Shown here piece after piece: positions 21,310 to 29,478 of a DNA stretch of 64,000 nt; the first letter of the stretch is position 1; every line of letters begins with the position of its first letter. The stretch is taken from positions 384,001 to 448,000 of the forward strand of contig CAVVMW010000004.1 in the NCBI GenBank assembly GCA_963749495.1, written 5' to 3'. Source of the stretch: an uncultured bacterium. Lineage in GTDB: Bacteria > Verrucomicrobiota > Verrucomicrobiia > Limisphaerales > UBA8199. Below the pieces are notes generated by a model that saw nothing but the letters and a program-made list of their open reading frames with translations, searched no databases and was not told where the DNA came from. A program made the translations under genes and the position numbers.

Positions 21310-21812
21310 GCCTCCTGCCTCCCGCGCTGATTACCGCGGAGCACCAGGTGGAGACCTTCGATTGCGGCAAGGAATCTCTGAATCAATACCTGAAACGTTT
21401 CGCGCTGACGAACACGGCCGCAGGCAGCGCACGCACGTATGTGACGACCGTCACCCGGGAGGTGTCGGTGATTGGCTACTATTCTTTGGCGGCCGGCGCC
21501 GTTGAGCGAGCCGCCGTTCCGGAGCGGGTGGCCAAGGGGATTTCGAATCAACCCGTGCCGGTGGTCCTGTTGGCTCGGCTGGCGGTCAATCGCCGCTTTC
21601 AGGGCCAAGGTGTCGGCAAGGGTCTGCTGCGGGACGCGCTACTGCGGTCTCTGGCGGCAGCGGAAGCCGTCGGAGTCCGCGCCGTCCTCGTTCATGCCAA
21701 GGATGAGCAAGCCGCAGGCTTTTACCGCCAGTTCGGATTCACCCCTTCACCCACAGACCCGCTTCATCTGATGCTCTTGATGAAGGACCTCCGGCGGACG
21801 CTTCGGACCTAA
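21306..21812 (+). CDS. GNAT acetyltransferase toxin (TacT/AtaT-like); apparent start codon is ATA
   Basis: FDCG...LN.YL, GYYSL, PVPVVLLARLAV...QGQGVG..LL.DA, VHAKDE.A..FY..FGF. Confidence 0.88.
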   Translation: MSLLPPALITAEHQVETFDCGKESLNQYLKRFALTNTAAGSARTYVTTVTREVSVIGYYSLAAGAVERAAVPERVAKGISNQPVPVVLLARLAVNRRFQGQGVGKGLLRDALLRSLAAAEAVGVRAVLVHAKDEQAAGFYRQFGFTPSPTDPLHLMLLMKDLRRTLRT

Positions 21813-21888
21813 CTGCCTTGCAGGACGGCATGCCGATTGGCGAAAAAAAGCGGTTGTGCATCGCTGGGCCGCGGGTCATGCTCGGTCC

Positions 21889-24800
21889 ATGAAAATCGAA
21901 GCTATTCTGGCCAGGTTGGCTGCCGCCGTTTCTTCCCCCGCCGCCGCTCCACGGAGCCTCCGGAAAGGGAAGTCCCGCCTGCGAACCGCGACAACCTGGC
22001 TAGCTGTGGTTGCGGCGTTCGTTGGCGCGGCCCGGGCGCGAGAAATCCAGCCGCTGGGGGGACAATGGAGGTTCCAGCTCGATGCCCAGAAGGTGGGAAC
22101 AGACCAGAAATGGTACGCCGCCCCACTGGACGGCGGGGTAACGATCAAACTGCCCGGCACGATGGACGACGCCGGCCTTGGCCCCCGGAACACCCAACCC
22201 CCGACGCTCGCCGGGCCCTACCGGCTTTTCGACTACGCCGGTCCGGCCTGGTGCCAACGGGACATCGAGCTACCGGCGACCTGGGCCGGCCAGCGGGTCT
22301 CGCTGTTTCTGGAACGCTGCCGATGGGTGACGCGTGTCTGGCTCGACAACAGGTTCATCGGCACGCAGGACAGTCTGATAGCGCCGCACCTCTATGATTT
22401 CGGGGTGGACGTCGCACCCGGCAAACATCGTCTGACCCTCTGCGTGGACAACACCGTGAAGCTGGATCTCGGCACCTTCGTTTCCGCTTTGTTCGGCGGC
22501 ACGCCGGGCAACATGAACGGGGTCATTGGCCGCATCGAACTGGCCGCCACGCCGCCCGTGTGGATTGACCAGGTCCAGGTTTACCCGGACACGGACCAGC
22601 AACAGGCCCGCGTTGTGGTGCAGATCGGCAATGCCACGGGCCGGGCCGGCCATGGAACGGTGCGCATCGCCGGCAAGGACCTGGAGGCGGCCTGGGATGC
22701 AAACGGCGGACGTGTCGAGGCGGCCGTGGACATGAGCGGGGCGAAGTTATGGGACGAGTTCTCGCCGGACCTCCAGGAGTTGACGGTAACGCTGGGCGGC
22801 GACAACCGCACCGTGCGGTTCGGCATGCGCAAGTTTGCGGCCAAAGGGACACAGTTCACGATGAACGGGCGCCCCCTGTTCCTGCGCGGCACGCTGGAGT
22901 GCTCGGTGTGGCCGCTCACCGGCTACCCGCCCACCGACGTGCCGTCGTGGCAGCGGATTTACCAGGTCATGAAATCCTATGGGCTGAATTTCATCCGGTT
23001 CCACTCGTGGTGTCCGCCCGAGGCGGCGTTTGCGGCGGCGGATGCCGAGGGGGTCATGATCCAGGCCGAAGGGCCGCAGGCAAACGTCGAGGCCGGGATC
23101 GATTCAAAGCGCGATGCCTTCATCGAGGCGGAATTCAAACGGATCGTGGACACCTACGGCAATCATCCCTCGTTCTGCACGATGACGCTCGGCAACGAGT
23201 ACGGCGGCAACGGGGCGCTGCTGGCGCGCTGGGTTGACATGCTAATCAAACGCGACCCGCGCCACCTCTATTCGTCGGCCTCGTGCGCCCAGACGACCGC
23301 CAACCGCCAGTGGACGGAACTGGCGGACGGGCGGGGCGTGGGCGGGCCCGGCACGCAGCATGACCTGCGCGGCGTGGTCGCCAGTGACGGGCGCCCGATT
23401 ATCGGGCACGAAATCGGCCAATGGATGTTCTTCCCGGACTTCAACGAGATCAAGAAGTACACCGGTGTGATGGCGGTGCGGAACTTCGAGGTGATCCGCG
23501 ATGACCTTGCGAAGAAGCACCTGCTGGACCTGGCGCCGCAATTCGCGCAGGCCTGCGGAAACCACGCGGTGCTGCTCTACAAGGAGGAGATCGAAGTGTT
23601 GCGGCGCACACCGGGTTATGCCGGCTTCTCGTTGCTCGACCTCCACGATTACCCGACGCAAGGCACGGCCCTGGTCGGCCCTCTCGATCCGTTCTGGGAC
23701 TCCAAGGGCTTCATCACGCCCGCGGCCTGGCGGAGATTCTGCGGGCCGACGGTCCCGCTGCTCCGCATGCCCAAGCGCACATACACCCTCGACAAACCGT
23801 TCAGCGCGACGGCCGACATTTCGCACTTCGGTCCCGCCGACCTGCCCAACGCGCAGCCTCTCTGGGACATCAAAGATGAGCGCGGGCGCGAGGTGGCATC
23901 AGGGGCATTGCCCGCGTTGAGCGTGCCGACCGGCAAGCTGACGCCGCTGGGCGCCTTCTCCGCGTCCCTGGCCAAAGCCGGCGCCCCGGGCAAGTTGACG
24001 GTGACGGTCTCGCTGGCCGGCTTTTCCAACGACTGGGAGATCTGGGTTTATCCGCCCGCCAGGGCTGCGGAGGCGCCGGCCGGCGTGGTGATCAGCGGCG
24101 CCTGGGATGCCCAGACCAAAACCGCGCTGGCTGCCGGCAAGAGCGTCGTGTTGTTCCCGAAAAACACCAACCGCCGGTCCTCCTTGCGCGGCAGCTTCAT
24201 GCCCGTGTTCTGGAGCCCGGTCTGGTTCCCGACACAGCAACCCAATGCCAACGGCATCCTCTGTGACCCGCGCCACCCGGCCTTGGCCCGGTTCCCCACC
24301 GAGTCCCACAGCAACTGGCAGTGGTGGGAATTGCTCAACAACTCCCGCACCCTCATCCTGGACGACGCGCCGGCCGAGTTCCACCCCATCGTGCAAGTCG
24401 TCAACAACTTCGCCCGCAACCATAAGCTGGGCAATCTGTTCGAGGCGCGCGTCGGCCCCGGCAAACTGCTGGTCTGCGCGATAGACCTGCCCCGCATCGC
24501 GGGCCGGCAACCGGCCGCAAACCAGTTGCTCGAGAGCCTCTGGGCCTACGCCGGCTCGTCGTCGTTCCGGCCCGCGCAGACGCTGGAAAGCACAATGCTC
24601 GACGGCCTCTTCGCCTCGAAGTCAACCAACCTCCTGCAGAACCTCGGGGCGAAGATTCACGCGGACAGCGAAGCGCCGGGCTATGAGGCGGCGCGGGCGA
24701 TCGACGACGACCCCGACACCTGCTGGCACACGCAGTGGGAACCGTCGCCTGCACCGATGCCCCACGAGTTGGTGGTTGAGTTCGGCCGCCAGGTCACGCT

Positions 24801-25035
24801 CACCGGCCTCACTTATCTGCCCCGCCAAGACATGGCCAACGGCCGCATCGCCCGGTGCGAGGTCTTCGCTGATGGCAATCGGGTCGCCTCGGTGAGGTGG
24901 CCGAACAGCAGCGAACTCCAGACGCTGCGGTTCAGCCAGCCCGTCACCACCCGCACGTTGCGGTTGGTGATCAAGTCTGAGGTCAACGGCAATCCCTTCG
25001 CCAGCGTCGCGGAACTGGATGTGCTCGTCAAATGA
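21889..25035 (+). CDS. GH2-like glycoside hydrolase with C-terminal F5/8 type C (CBM32) domain
   Basis: L.G.WRF, Y.GPAW.QR, FGMR.F...GTQF..NGRP.FLRG, YGLNFIRFHSWCPP, NHPSF...GNE; AIDDDPDTCWHT, YLPRQD. Confidence 0.88.
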   Translation: MKIEAILARLAAAVSSPAAAPRSLRKGKSRLRTATTWLAVVAAFVGAARAREIQPLGGQWRFQLDAQKVGTDQKWYAAPLDGGVTIKLPGTMDDAGLGPRNTQPPTLAGPYRLFDYAGPAWCQRDIELPATWAGQRVSLFLERCRWVTRVWLDNRFIGTQDSLIAPHLYDFGVDVAPGKHRLTLCVDNTVKLDLGTFVSALFGGTPGNMNGVIGRIELAATPPVWIDQVQVYPDTDQQQARVVVQIGNATGRAGHGTVRIAGKDLEAAWDANGGRVEAAVDMSGAKLWDEFSPDLQELTVTLGGDNRTVRFGMRKFAAKGTQFTMNGRPLFLRGTLECSVWPLTGYPPTDVPSWQRIYQVMKSYGLNFIRFHSWCPPEAAFAAADAEGVMIQAEGPQANVEAGIDSKRDAFIEAEFKRIVDTYGNHPSFCTMTLGNEYGGNGALLARWVDMLIKRDPRHLYSSASCAQTTANRQWTELADGRGVGGPGTQHDLRGVVASDGRPIIGHEIGQWMFFPDFNEIKKYTGVMAVRNFEVIRDDLAKKHLLDLAPQFAQACGNHAVLLYKEEIEVLRRTPGYAGFSLLDLHDYPTQGTALVGPLDPFWDSKGFITPAAWRRFCGPTVPLLRMPKRTYTLDKPFSATADISHFGPADLPNAQPLWDIKDERGREVASGALPALSVPTGKLTPLGAFSASLAKAGAPGKLTVTVSLAGFSNDWEIWVYPPARAAEAPAGVVISGAWDAQTKTALAAGKSVVLFPKNTNRRSSLRGSFMPVFWSPVWFPTQQPNANGILCDPRHPALARFPTESHSNWQWWELLNNSRTLILDDAPAEFHPIVQVVNNFARNHKLGNLFEARVGPGKLLVCAIDLPRIAGRQPAANQLLESLWAYAGSSSFRPAQTLESTMLDGLFASKSTNLLQNLGAKIHADSEAPGYEAARAIDDDPDTCWHTQWEPSPAPMPHELVVEFGRQVTLTGLTYLPRQDMANGRIARCEVFADGNRVASVRWPNSSELQTLRFSQPVTTRTLRLVIKSEVNGNPFASVAELDVLVK

Positions 25036-25050
25036 CTGTTCAGGTCGCGC

Positions 25051-25124
25051 ATAGGAGCGCGGACGCCCCGTCCGCGCGTTATTTTGCTGCCAGAGCCGCG
25101 CGGACGAGGCGTCCGCGCTCCTAT
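25051..25124. repeat. REP-like palindrome (ATAGGAGCGCGGACGCC...GGCGTCCGCGCTCCTAT)
   Basis: Inverted arms just downstream of the GH2 stop. Confidence 0.8.
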
Positions 25125-25186
25125 CCGATGGCACTTTTCACTGCAACGTGAGCGATTACCACCGCTTAAGGCCATCCATCTCAACC

Positions 25187-25247
25187 ATGCAAATTGAATT
25201 TCCCGGATTGTTCGACCTTCAGGTCAACGGCTGTGGCGGCGTGGACT
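25187..25247 (+). pseudogene. nagA: N-terminal stub of N-acetylglucosamine-6-phosphate deacetylase
   Basis: MQIEFPGLFDLQVNGCGGVDF matches the NagA PG..D.Q.NG..G.DF motif and then runs into the convergent gene. Confidence 0.7.
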
Positions 25248-27179
25248 TCACCGAAAGTCCACAACCGCGATTTCATAGACATTGACTCGAGGGACACGGA
25301 AGGAAACGCAATCGGACTGCTGCTCGAACGCCAGTTCTATGTTCTGCGTGTGCTCGGGGCTGGTTAATCTCACAGCCTGGGCCGTCTTTCCCGGCGGCAG
25401 CAGCAGATGCACGGCGGCATTGGTGACCGGGGCATCCGATCGATAATTGACCAGGTGTACGAGCCGGCGCCCGGCCTGCTCCGTGAGTTCGGCACACAAG
25501 CCAGCCGGCGCCTCGACGGAAAGTGAGAGCCGCCCGCCACTGGCCTGCCGGACCGCGCCAACACAATCGCCCGTTTCCGGGAACCGGACCACGCGGGCGG
25601 AGGGCAGATCCTCCAGGACGGGTTTGGACCTCGCCCTGAGCCACTGATCATGCGTTGCCACCGGCCCGATGATGCACAGCCGCCCGCCCGAAGCTGCGTA
25701 GTGTTTGAGCCGCTTGATTTGCCCATCGGAGAGCGCGATGCACCCCGCCAGGACCACGACCCGATAGCGGTGCAAATCGCTCATTTGATCATCGTAGAGG
25801 ATCTGGAAGGGAACGCGATTTTCGATCAGCGCCTGTTCCGCGTCGCCGGCAAGCTGGGCCCACTTCGGCTCCGCATAGACCTGCGAGGGAAAGCTGCGGA
25901 CAATGGCGACATCGGCGACGGCCTGGGCGTTGCGGAAGAGGTCGCGGCGGCTCGTGAAAAACCGGGTGCAAGGCGCGAGGTTCGTCGAGACAGGTTGGTC
26001 CGACCCCGGCCTGGCGACGAGCTTCCCGTATTCGAACCAGCAGACACACCCCAGACAGTCGAGGTTGAAGGCCATCGCTTCCGCAGCCTCCAGCGGCGTG
26101 GTGGTGTAAGCGAACGCGAGGTTGCCCAGGGAGCGTCCCAGTTTGTAGGTGCGGATGCGGGTGCGCAGGACGCCGTCGCGGTAGCCTGGCGTCACATCCT
26201 CATCCCAGAAGGCCTCCCCTGCCGTGAGCAATCTCCCATGGTCCACCGGCGGTTGGATGCCGCGCCCAGGCCCGCCGGGATTGCACTCGACCAGGATGTC
26301 CTTTCGCTGCGCGCGGGCATACCGAGCCATGTCGCGATAGGAATCCGCCAGTGACTGGCAGCAGAAGTCCAGCCAGGCGCGCCTTTGCAGGCTATCCCCG
26401 GCTCCGTCAGCGGGCGGCAGAACATGGCTCAGGTCGCCGAGGCCCATGGTCCGGAGTTCCCTTGAGGTAAAGGTCTTTCCGAGGTAACCGCGAAACCGCT
26501 GGACGGAGCGGGCCTCAAAGCCGGGACCGACGTTATAGTTGTCAAAGTGGAGGAGGTCGGCGCGGATGTCCCGGATGGCGAAGCGAACCAGTCCGTGGTA
26601 GAAGGACTGGGCGTCGGGATGGTTGCGGTTCCAGAAGTAGCGATACGGCGCCGAGTCGTAAGTGACGGGCTTGCCGGCCTGGTCCAGGACGACCCAGTCC
26701 CTGGCTTCCGGGTGCTCGTTGAAGAAGAGCTCCCAGCCAAAGGCGCCGCTGAAATTGTAAACCCCCACGTGCAGACCCGCGTCGTGGCAGAGTTGAGCAA
26801 ATCGGACGGCGTCAGCCATGCTCTGACGCTCGGCGCTGAGCCCGAATCCCTTGTAGGCGTGCATCATCACGAAATTGACGCCCAGGGCGTTGAGTTGAGC
26901 AACCATTTCCGGGCTGTGTTCGCGGGCGTACGCGGCCAGTTGATCCGGGGCCGGCTCGTAGCCGTTGGCCCCGTCGCGGCGCACACGAAACAAGAGCGGT
27001 TCCCAACTGCCCGCCATAACGATGCCGTCGCTTTGAAGCCACGCCGGCCGTTTGGCCGGCGGCAAGGTCAGCGGCTTCGAGTGTCCCGAGGCAGCCAGGG
27101 ACGCCCCGAGCAGCACAGCGCCTCCAATCCGCGCCCAAGATGGTTTTGCGGAGAACACAAGATCGGCCTTGGGTTTCAT
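25248..27179 (-). CDS. Secreted putative glycoside hydrolase (TIM barrel plus GH42-type trimerisation-like domain)
   Basis: Signal peptide; LCHDAGLHVG.Y, HPEARDW, LHFDN; L.RYRVVVLAGCIALSD; RLVHLVNY. Confidence 0.65.
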   Translation of the reverse strand: MKPKADLVFSAKPSWARIGGAVLLGASLAASGHSKPLTLPPAKRPAWLQSDGIVMAGSWEPLLFRVRRDGANGYEPAPDQLAAYAREHSPEMVAQLNALGVNFVMMHAYKGFGLSAERQSMADAVRFAQLCHDAGLHVGVYNFSGAFGWELFFNEHPEARDWVVLDQAGKPVTYDSAPYRYFWNRNHPDAQSFYHGLVRFAIRDIRADLLHFDNYNVGPGFEARSVQRFRGYLGKTFTSRELRTMGLGDLSHVLPPADGAGDSLQRRAWLDFCCQSLADSYRDMARYARAQRKDILVECNPGGPGRGIQPPVDHGRLLTAGEAFWDEDVTPGYRDGVLRTRIRTYKLGRSLGNLAFAYTTTPLEAAEAMAFNLDCLGCVCWFEYGKLVARPGSDQPVSTNLAPCTRFFTSRRDLFRNAQAVADVAIVRSFPSQVYAEPKWAQLAGDAEQALIENRVPFQILYDDQMSDLHRYRVVVLAGCIALSDGQIKRLKHYAASGGRLCIIGPVATHDQWLRARSKPVLEDLPSARVVRFPETGDCVGAVRQASGGRLSLSVEAPAGLCAELTEQAGRRLVHLVNYRSDAPVTNAAVHLLLPPGKTAQAVRLTSPEHTQNIELAFEQQSDCVSFRVPRVNVYEIAVVDFR

Positions 27180-27218
27180 TGTCGTGTTCCGGGCAGAAAG
27201 TGCCGCCTCAGTTTTCAC

Positions 27219-27260
27219 GGTTCAGGGTTCAGGGTTCAGGGTTCAGGGTTCACGGTTCAG
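27219..27260. repeat. Heptamer tandem repeat (GGTTCAG)n
   Basis: About six units read directly. Confidence 0.85.
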
Positions 27261-27408
27261 GTTTGCGCACTTGCTCGGAGTGTTCTGCAACTGGAGCTCT
27301 GTCGTCAACCGCCGATTCGCCGCCCGGTTGATCCGGAGCGCACGACAGAATTCTTCGGGTACACGATGGAACCGGCGGTGCGGACGCTGGACGCCAAAGG
27401 CGTCGTTC

Positions 27409-27523
27409 TTCCGCGTATTCCGCGTATTCTGCGGTCGCCCTCAGATGCCAACTTTTCATGGCCGGCGAGGCTAGCAAAGCTCCGAAGAAGAATGAACCGC
27501 GGAATACGCGGAATACGCGGAAA
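27409..27523. repeat. Inverted 9-mer arrays (TTCCGCGTA)n...(CGCGGAATA)n
   Basis: Related arrays at 41204-41268 and 63714-63778. Confidence 0.8.
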
Positions 27524-27780
27524 TGAACAGGTCTAATGGTAACTATTTTGTCCCGCACCCGTGGACCCAGGGCGGCCCGGCGCTCGGCCCTGGAGGGCGT
27601 GGGCGGCCTGATTGACTTCGCCATCCTCGGCAGCGCGGACCGCTACATGGCTGCGGGTCTCCTCGGATTCATGGAGGACACCATCGCGACAACGTGCAGC
27701 CCCATTTTTTTGCTGCAAACGGGTGCATTCCAGCGTAAACAACTCCCCGGGACTTATGGGACTGGGGCATGATTTCCAGG

Positions 27781-27825
27781 AACATCAATATTGATGTTGA
27801 CTCTCCACGGACTTCACTGTAGAGT
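27781..27825 (+). promoter_or_regulatory. Candidate operator and promoter of the XRE gene
   Basis: Perfect 18-bp palindrome AACATCAATATTGATGTT overlapping TTGACT-N17-TAGAGT. Confidence 0.6.
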
Positions 27826-27843
27826 TCTACTAAGCAATGAGTT

Positions 27844-28206
27844 ATGAGCAAGACGAACTTTGATGTTTTTCTGGAAGAGCAACTCCTCGACCCGGATTTT
27901 GCGGAGCGGTTCAAACGGGCCGGTGAGGCCTGGGACGTGGCTCTGCAGATTGCGGCGCTTCGCGAAAGGGCCGGCCTTTCCCAAAAAGACCTCGCGCGCA
28001 AACTCAAGACCTCCCAGCAGCAGATCAGCCGGCTCGAATCGCCCTCTTACGAAGGCCATTCCCTGAGTATGCTCCGCCGCGTGGCCAAGGCCTTGAGCGC
28101 GAGGGTTCGCGTGGTCCTCGAGCCGGAGGCAGGGACGCGGAGTGGCCACCTCGCCGAATCCCCTTCGCCCTACAGAACTAAACGCGCTCCCGCCGCCAAG
28201 CCTTGA
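27844..28206 (+). CDS. XRE-family HTH protein, HigA-like orphan antitoxin
   Basis: L.DPDFAERF...IAALRERAGLSQKDLARKLKTSQQQISRLE. Confidence 0.85.
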   Translation: MSKTNFDVFLEEQLLDPDFAERFKRAGEAWDVALQIAALRERAGLSQKDLARKLKTSQQQISRLESPSYEGHSLSMLRRVAKALSARVRVVLEPEAGTRSGHLAESPSPYRTKRAPAAKP

Positions 28207-28260
28207 ATCCAGCCCTCCGCAATTAGTTCCGCCAGCACAACGAAGACTCCATCAACCTGT

Positions 28261-28461
28261 GAGGAGGCGGCCGTCCCCTTCGAGGAAATAACCCGCCTGT
28301 TCGAAGCGAAGGGTTTTCGGGTGCGGATCTCCGGCAGCCATCATATCTTTACCCGGCCCGGCGTCTTGGAGCGTATTAACCTCCAGCGTGAAGGGTCTAG
28401 GGCCAAGACCTATCAGGTTCGGCAAGTCCGCAAAATCCTGGCCTTGTACAAACTGCTATGA
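28261..28461 (+). pseudogene. hicA: HicA toxin lacking its N-terminus and start codon
   Basis: F.E...L....GF.VRISGSHHIF...INLQ..G..AK.YQVRQVR; ATGA overlap with hicB. Confidence 0.8.
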
Positions 28462-28676
28462 AGAAAAACAACAATTACGAAATGATTCTCTGGTGGAGCG
28501 GAGAGGACAGCGCTTTCATCGTGGACGTGCCAGAGCTGCCCGGTTGCATGGCCCACGGGAAAACGCGCGCTGAGGCCATCAAGAACGCGGAGGACGCCAT
28601 CATTTTTTGGATCAAGACTGCCAAAGAGGATGGCCAGAGCGTTCCCGAACCCAAAGGGCGTCTCCTCTACGCCTGA
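28458..28676 (+). CDS. hicB: HicB-family antitoxin (short form)
   Basis: WSGED.AFIV.VPELPGCMAHG.T..EA......I..WI..AKE.G..VPEPKG. Confidence 0.9.
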   Translation: MKKNNNYEMILWWSGEDSAFIVDVPELPGCMAHGKTRAEAIKNAEDAIIFWIKTAKEDGQSVPEPKGRLLYA

Positions 28677-28811
28677 AGGGGCCGAAGCGGTGCCGCTAGC
28701 CGCCCGCAACATGACCGCGGTTCTCAAAATCAATCCGCACGTCAAAACCGAAGCGCAGGCCAAGCTGGCGGTTGCGGCCCTGCGCAAGACAATGGCGCAC
28801 GCAGACAGGCT

Positions 28812-28949
28812 CACGGCGGCGCGGCCTACGAGGTCGAGTTCATCACGCTCACGGGCAAGACCCTGGCGGTGGCGACGGTCTTGCCTTCGCAACTGCGGGC
28901 GGTCACCGCGCGCGACGTCAGCCACGTCCGCCAACTGGCAGCGGCCTAG
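28812..28949 (+). pseudogene. C-terminal half of DUF4926-like protein
   Basis: GGAAYEVEFITLTGKTLAVATV...LRAV...DVSHVRQL*; no start codon. Confidence 0.7.
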
Positions 28950-29026
28950 CCACCCGCTTCCTATTTTGTCCCGCAGCCGCTCCCATCCGGCGGCACTGTT
29001 CCTTGCGGCCTGAACTGTCGGCAAGG

Positions 29027-29260
29027 TCACTGCACCAGCACCACGCGATAAAAACGATGCCCCGGTGACACAATAGGATCCGAGGCAGTCATGGTCGTGT
29101 TGGTGGCCAGGGCGGCGGCATTCAAGCTAATCCAGCCGGTCCCCCCCAAATCGGTCGTGTATTGCACCAGATACTTCTGCCCGACAACCGCGCTCCAGGC
29201 AAGCGTGAGCCGGCCTGCGACTATCGTCGCGGTTTGGAGGACCGGGCGTCGCGGCTGACT
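29027..29260 (-). pseudogene. Orphan C-terminal FYR domain of a secreted protein
   Basis: LTLAWSAVVGQKYLVQYTTDL...W...RFYRVVLVQ*; upstream is repeat DNA. Confidence 0.65.
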
Positions 29261-29318
29261 AGCAATCCAGATACGCCCTGGCACGGACCCGATCGGTGCC
29301 GCCGCCTCAGGCCGCCTC

Positions 29319-29405
29319 TTCGTTTCCTTCGTTTCCTTCTGTTCTGTTCCTGTGCCCAGCCGGCGGGAAGAAGGAAAAGAACAGAAGGAAACGAAGGAAA
29401 CGAAG
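29319..29405. repeat. Inverted 9-mer arrays (TTCGTTTCC)n...(GGAAACGAA)n
   Basis: Read directly. Confidence 0.8.
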
Positions 29406-29478
29406 GATCGAAGGCCCAGATCGAGCTCTGAGAGCTGCGACCTGGAGCTCCAATAAGAATTCTGTCTTACACCGCCGC

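Noticed and set aside
28204..28260. Stop-codon readthrough fusing the XRE gene to in-frame hicA
   Set aside because: The frames do match across the TGA, but the linker is not HicA-like and no recoding signal is evident; a deletion explains it more simply
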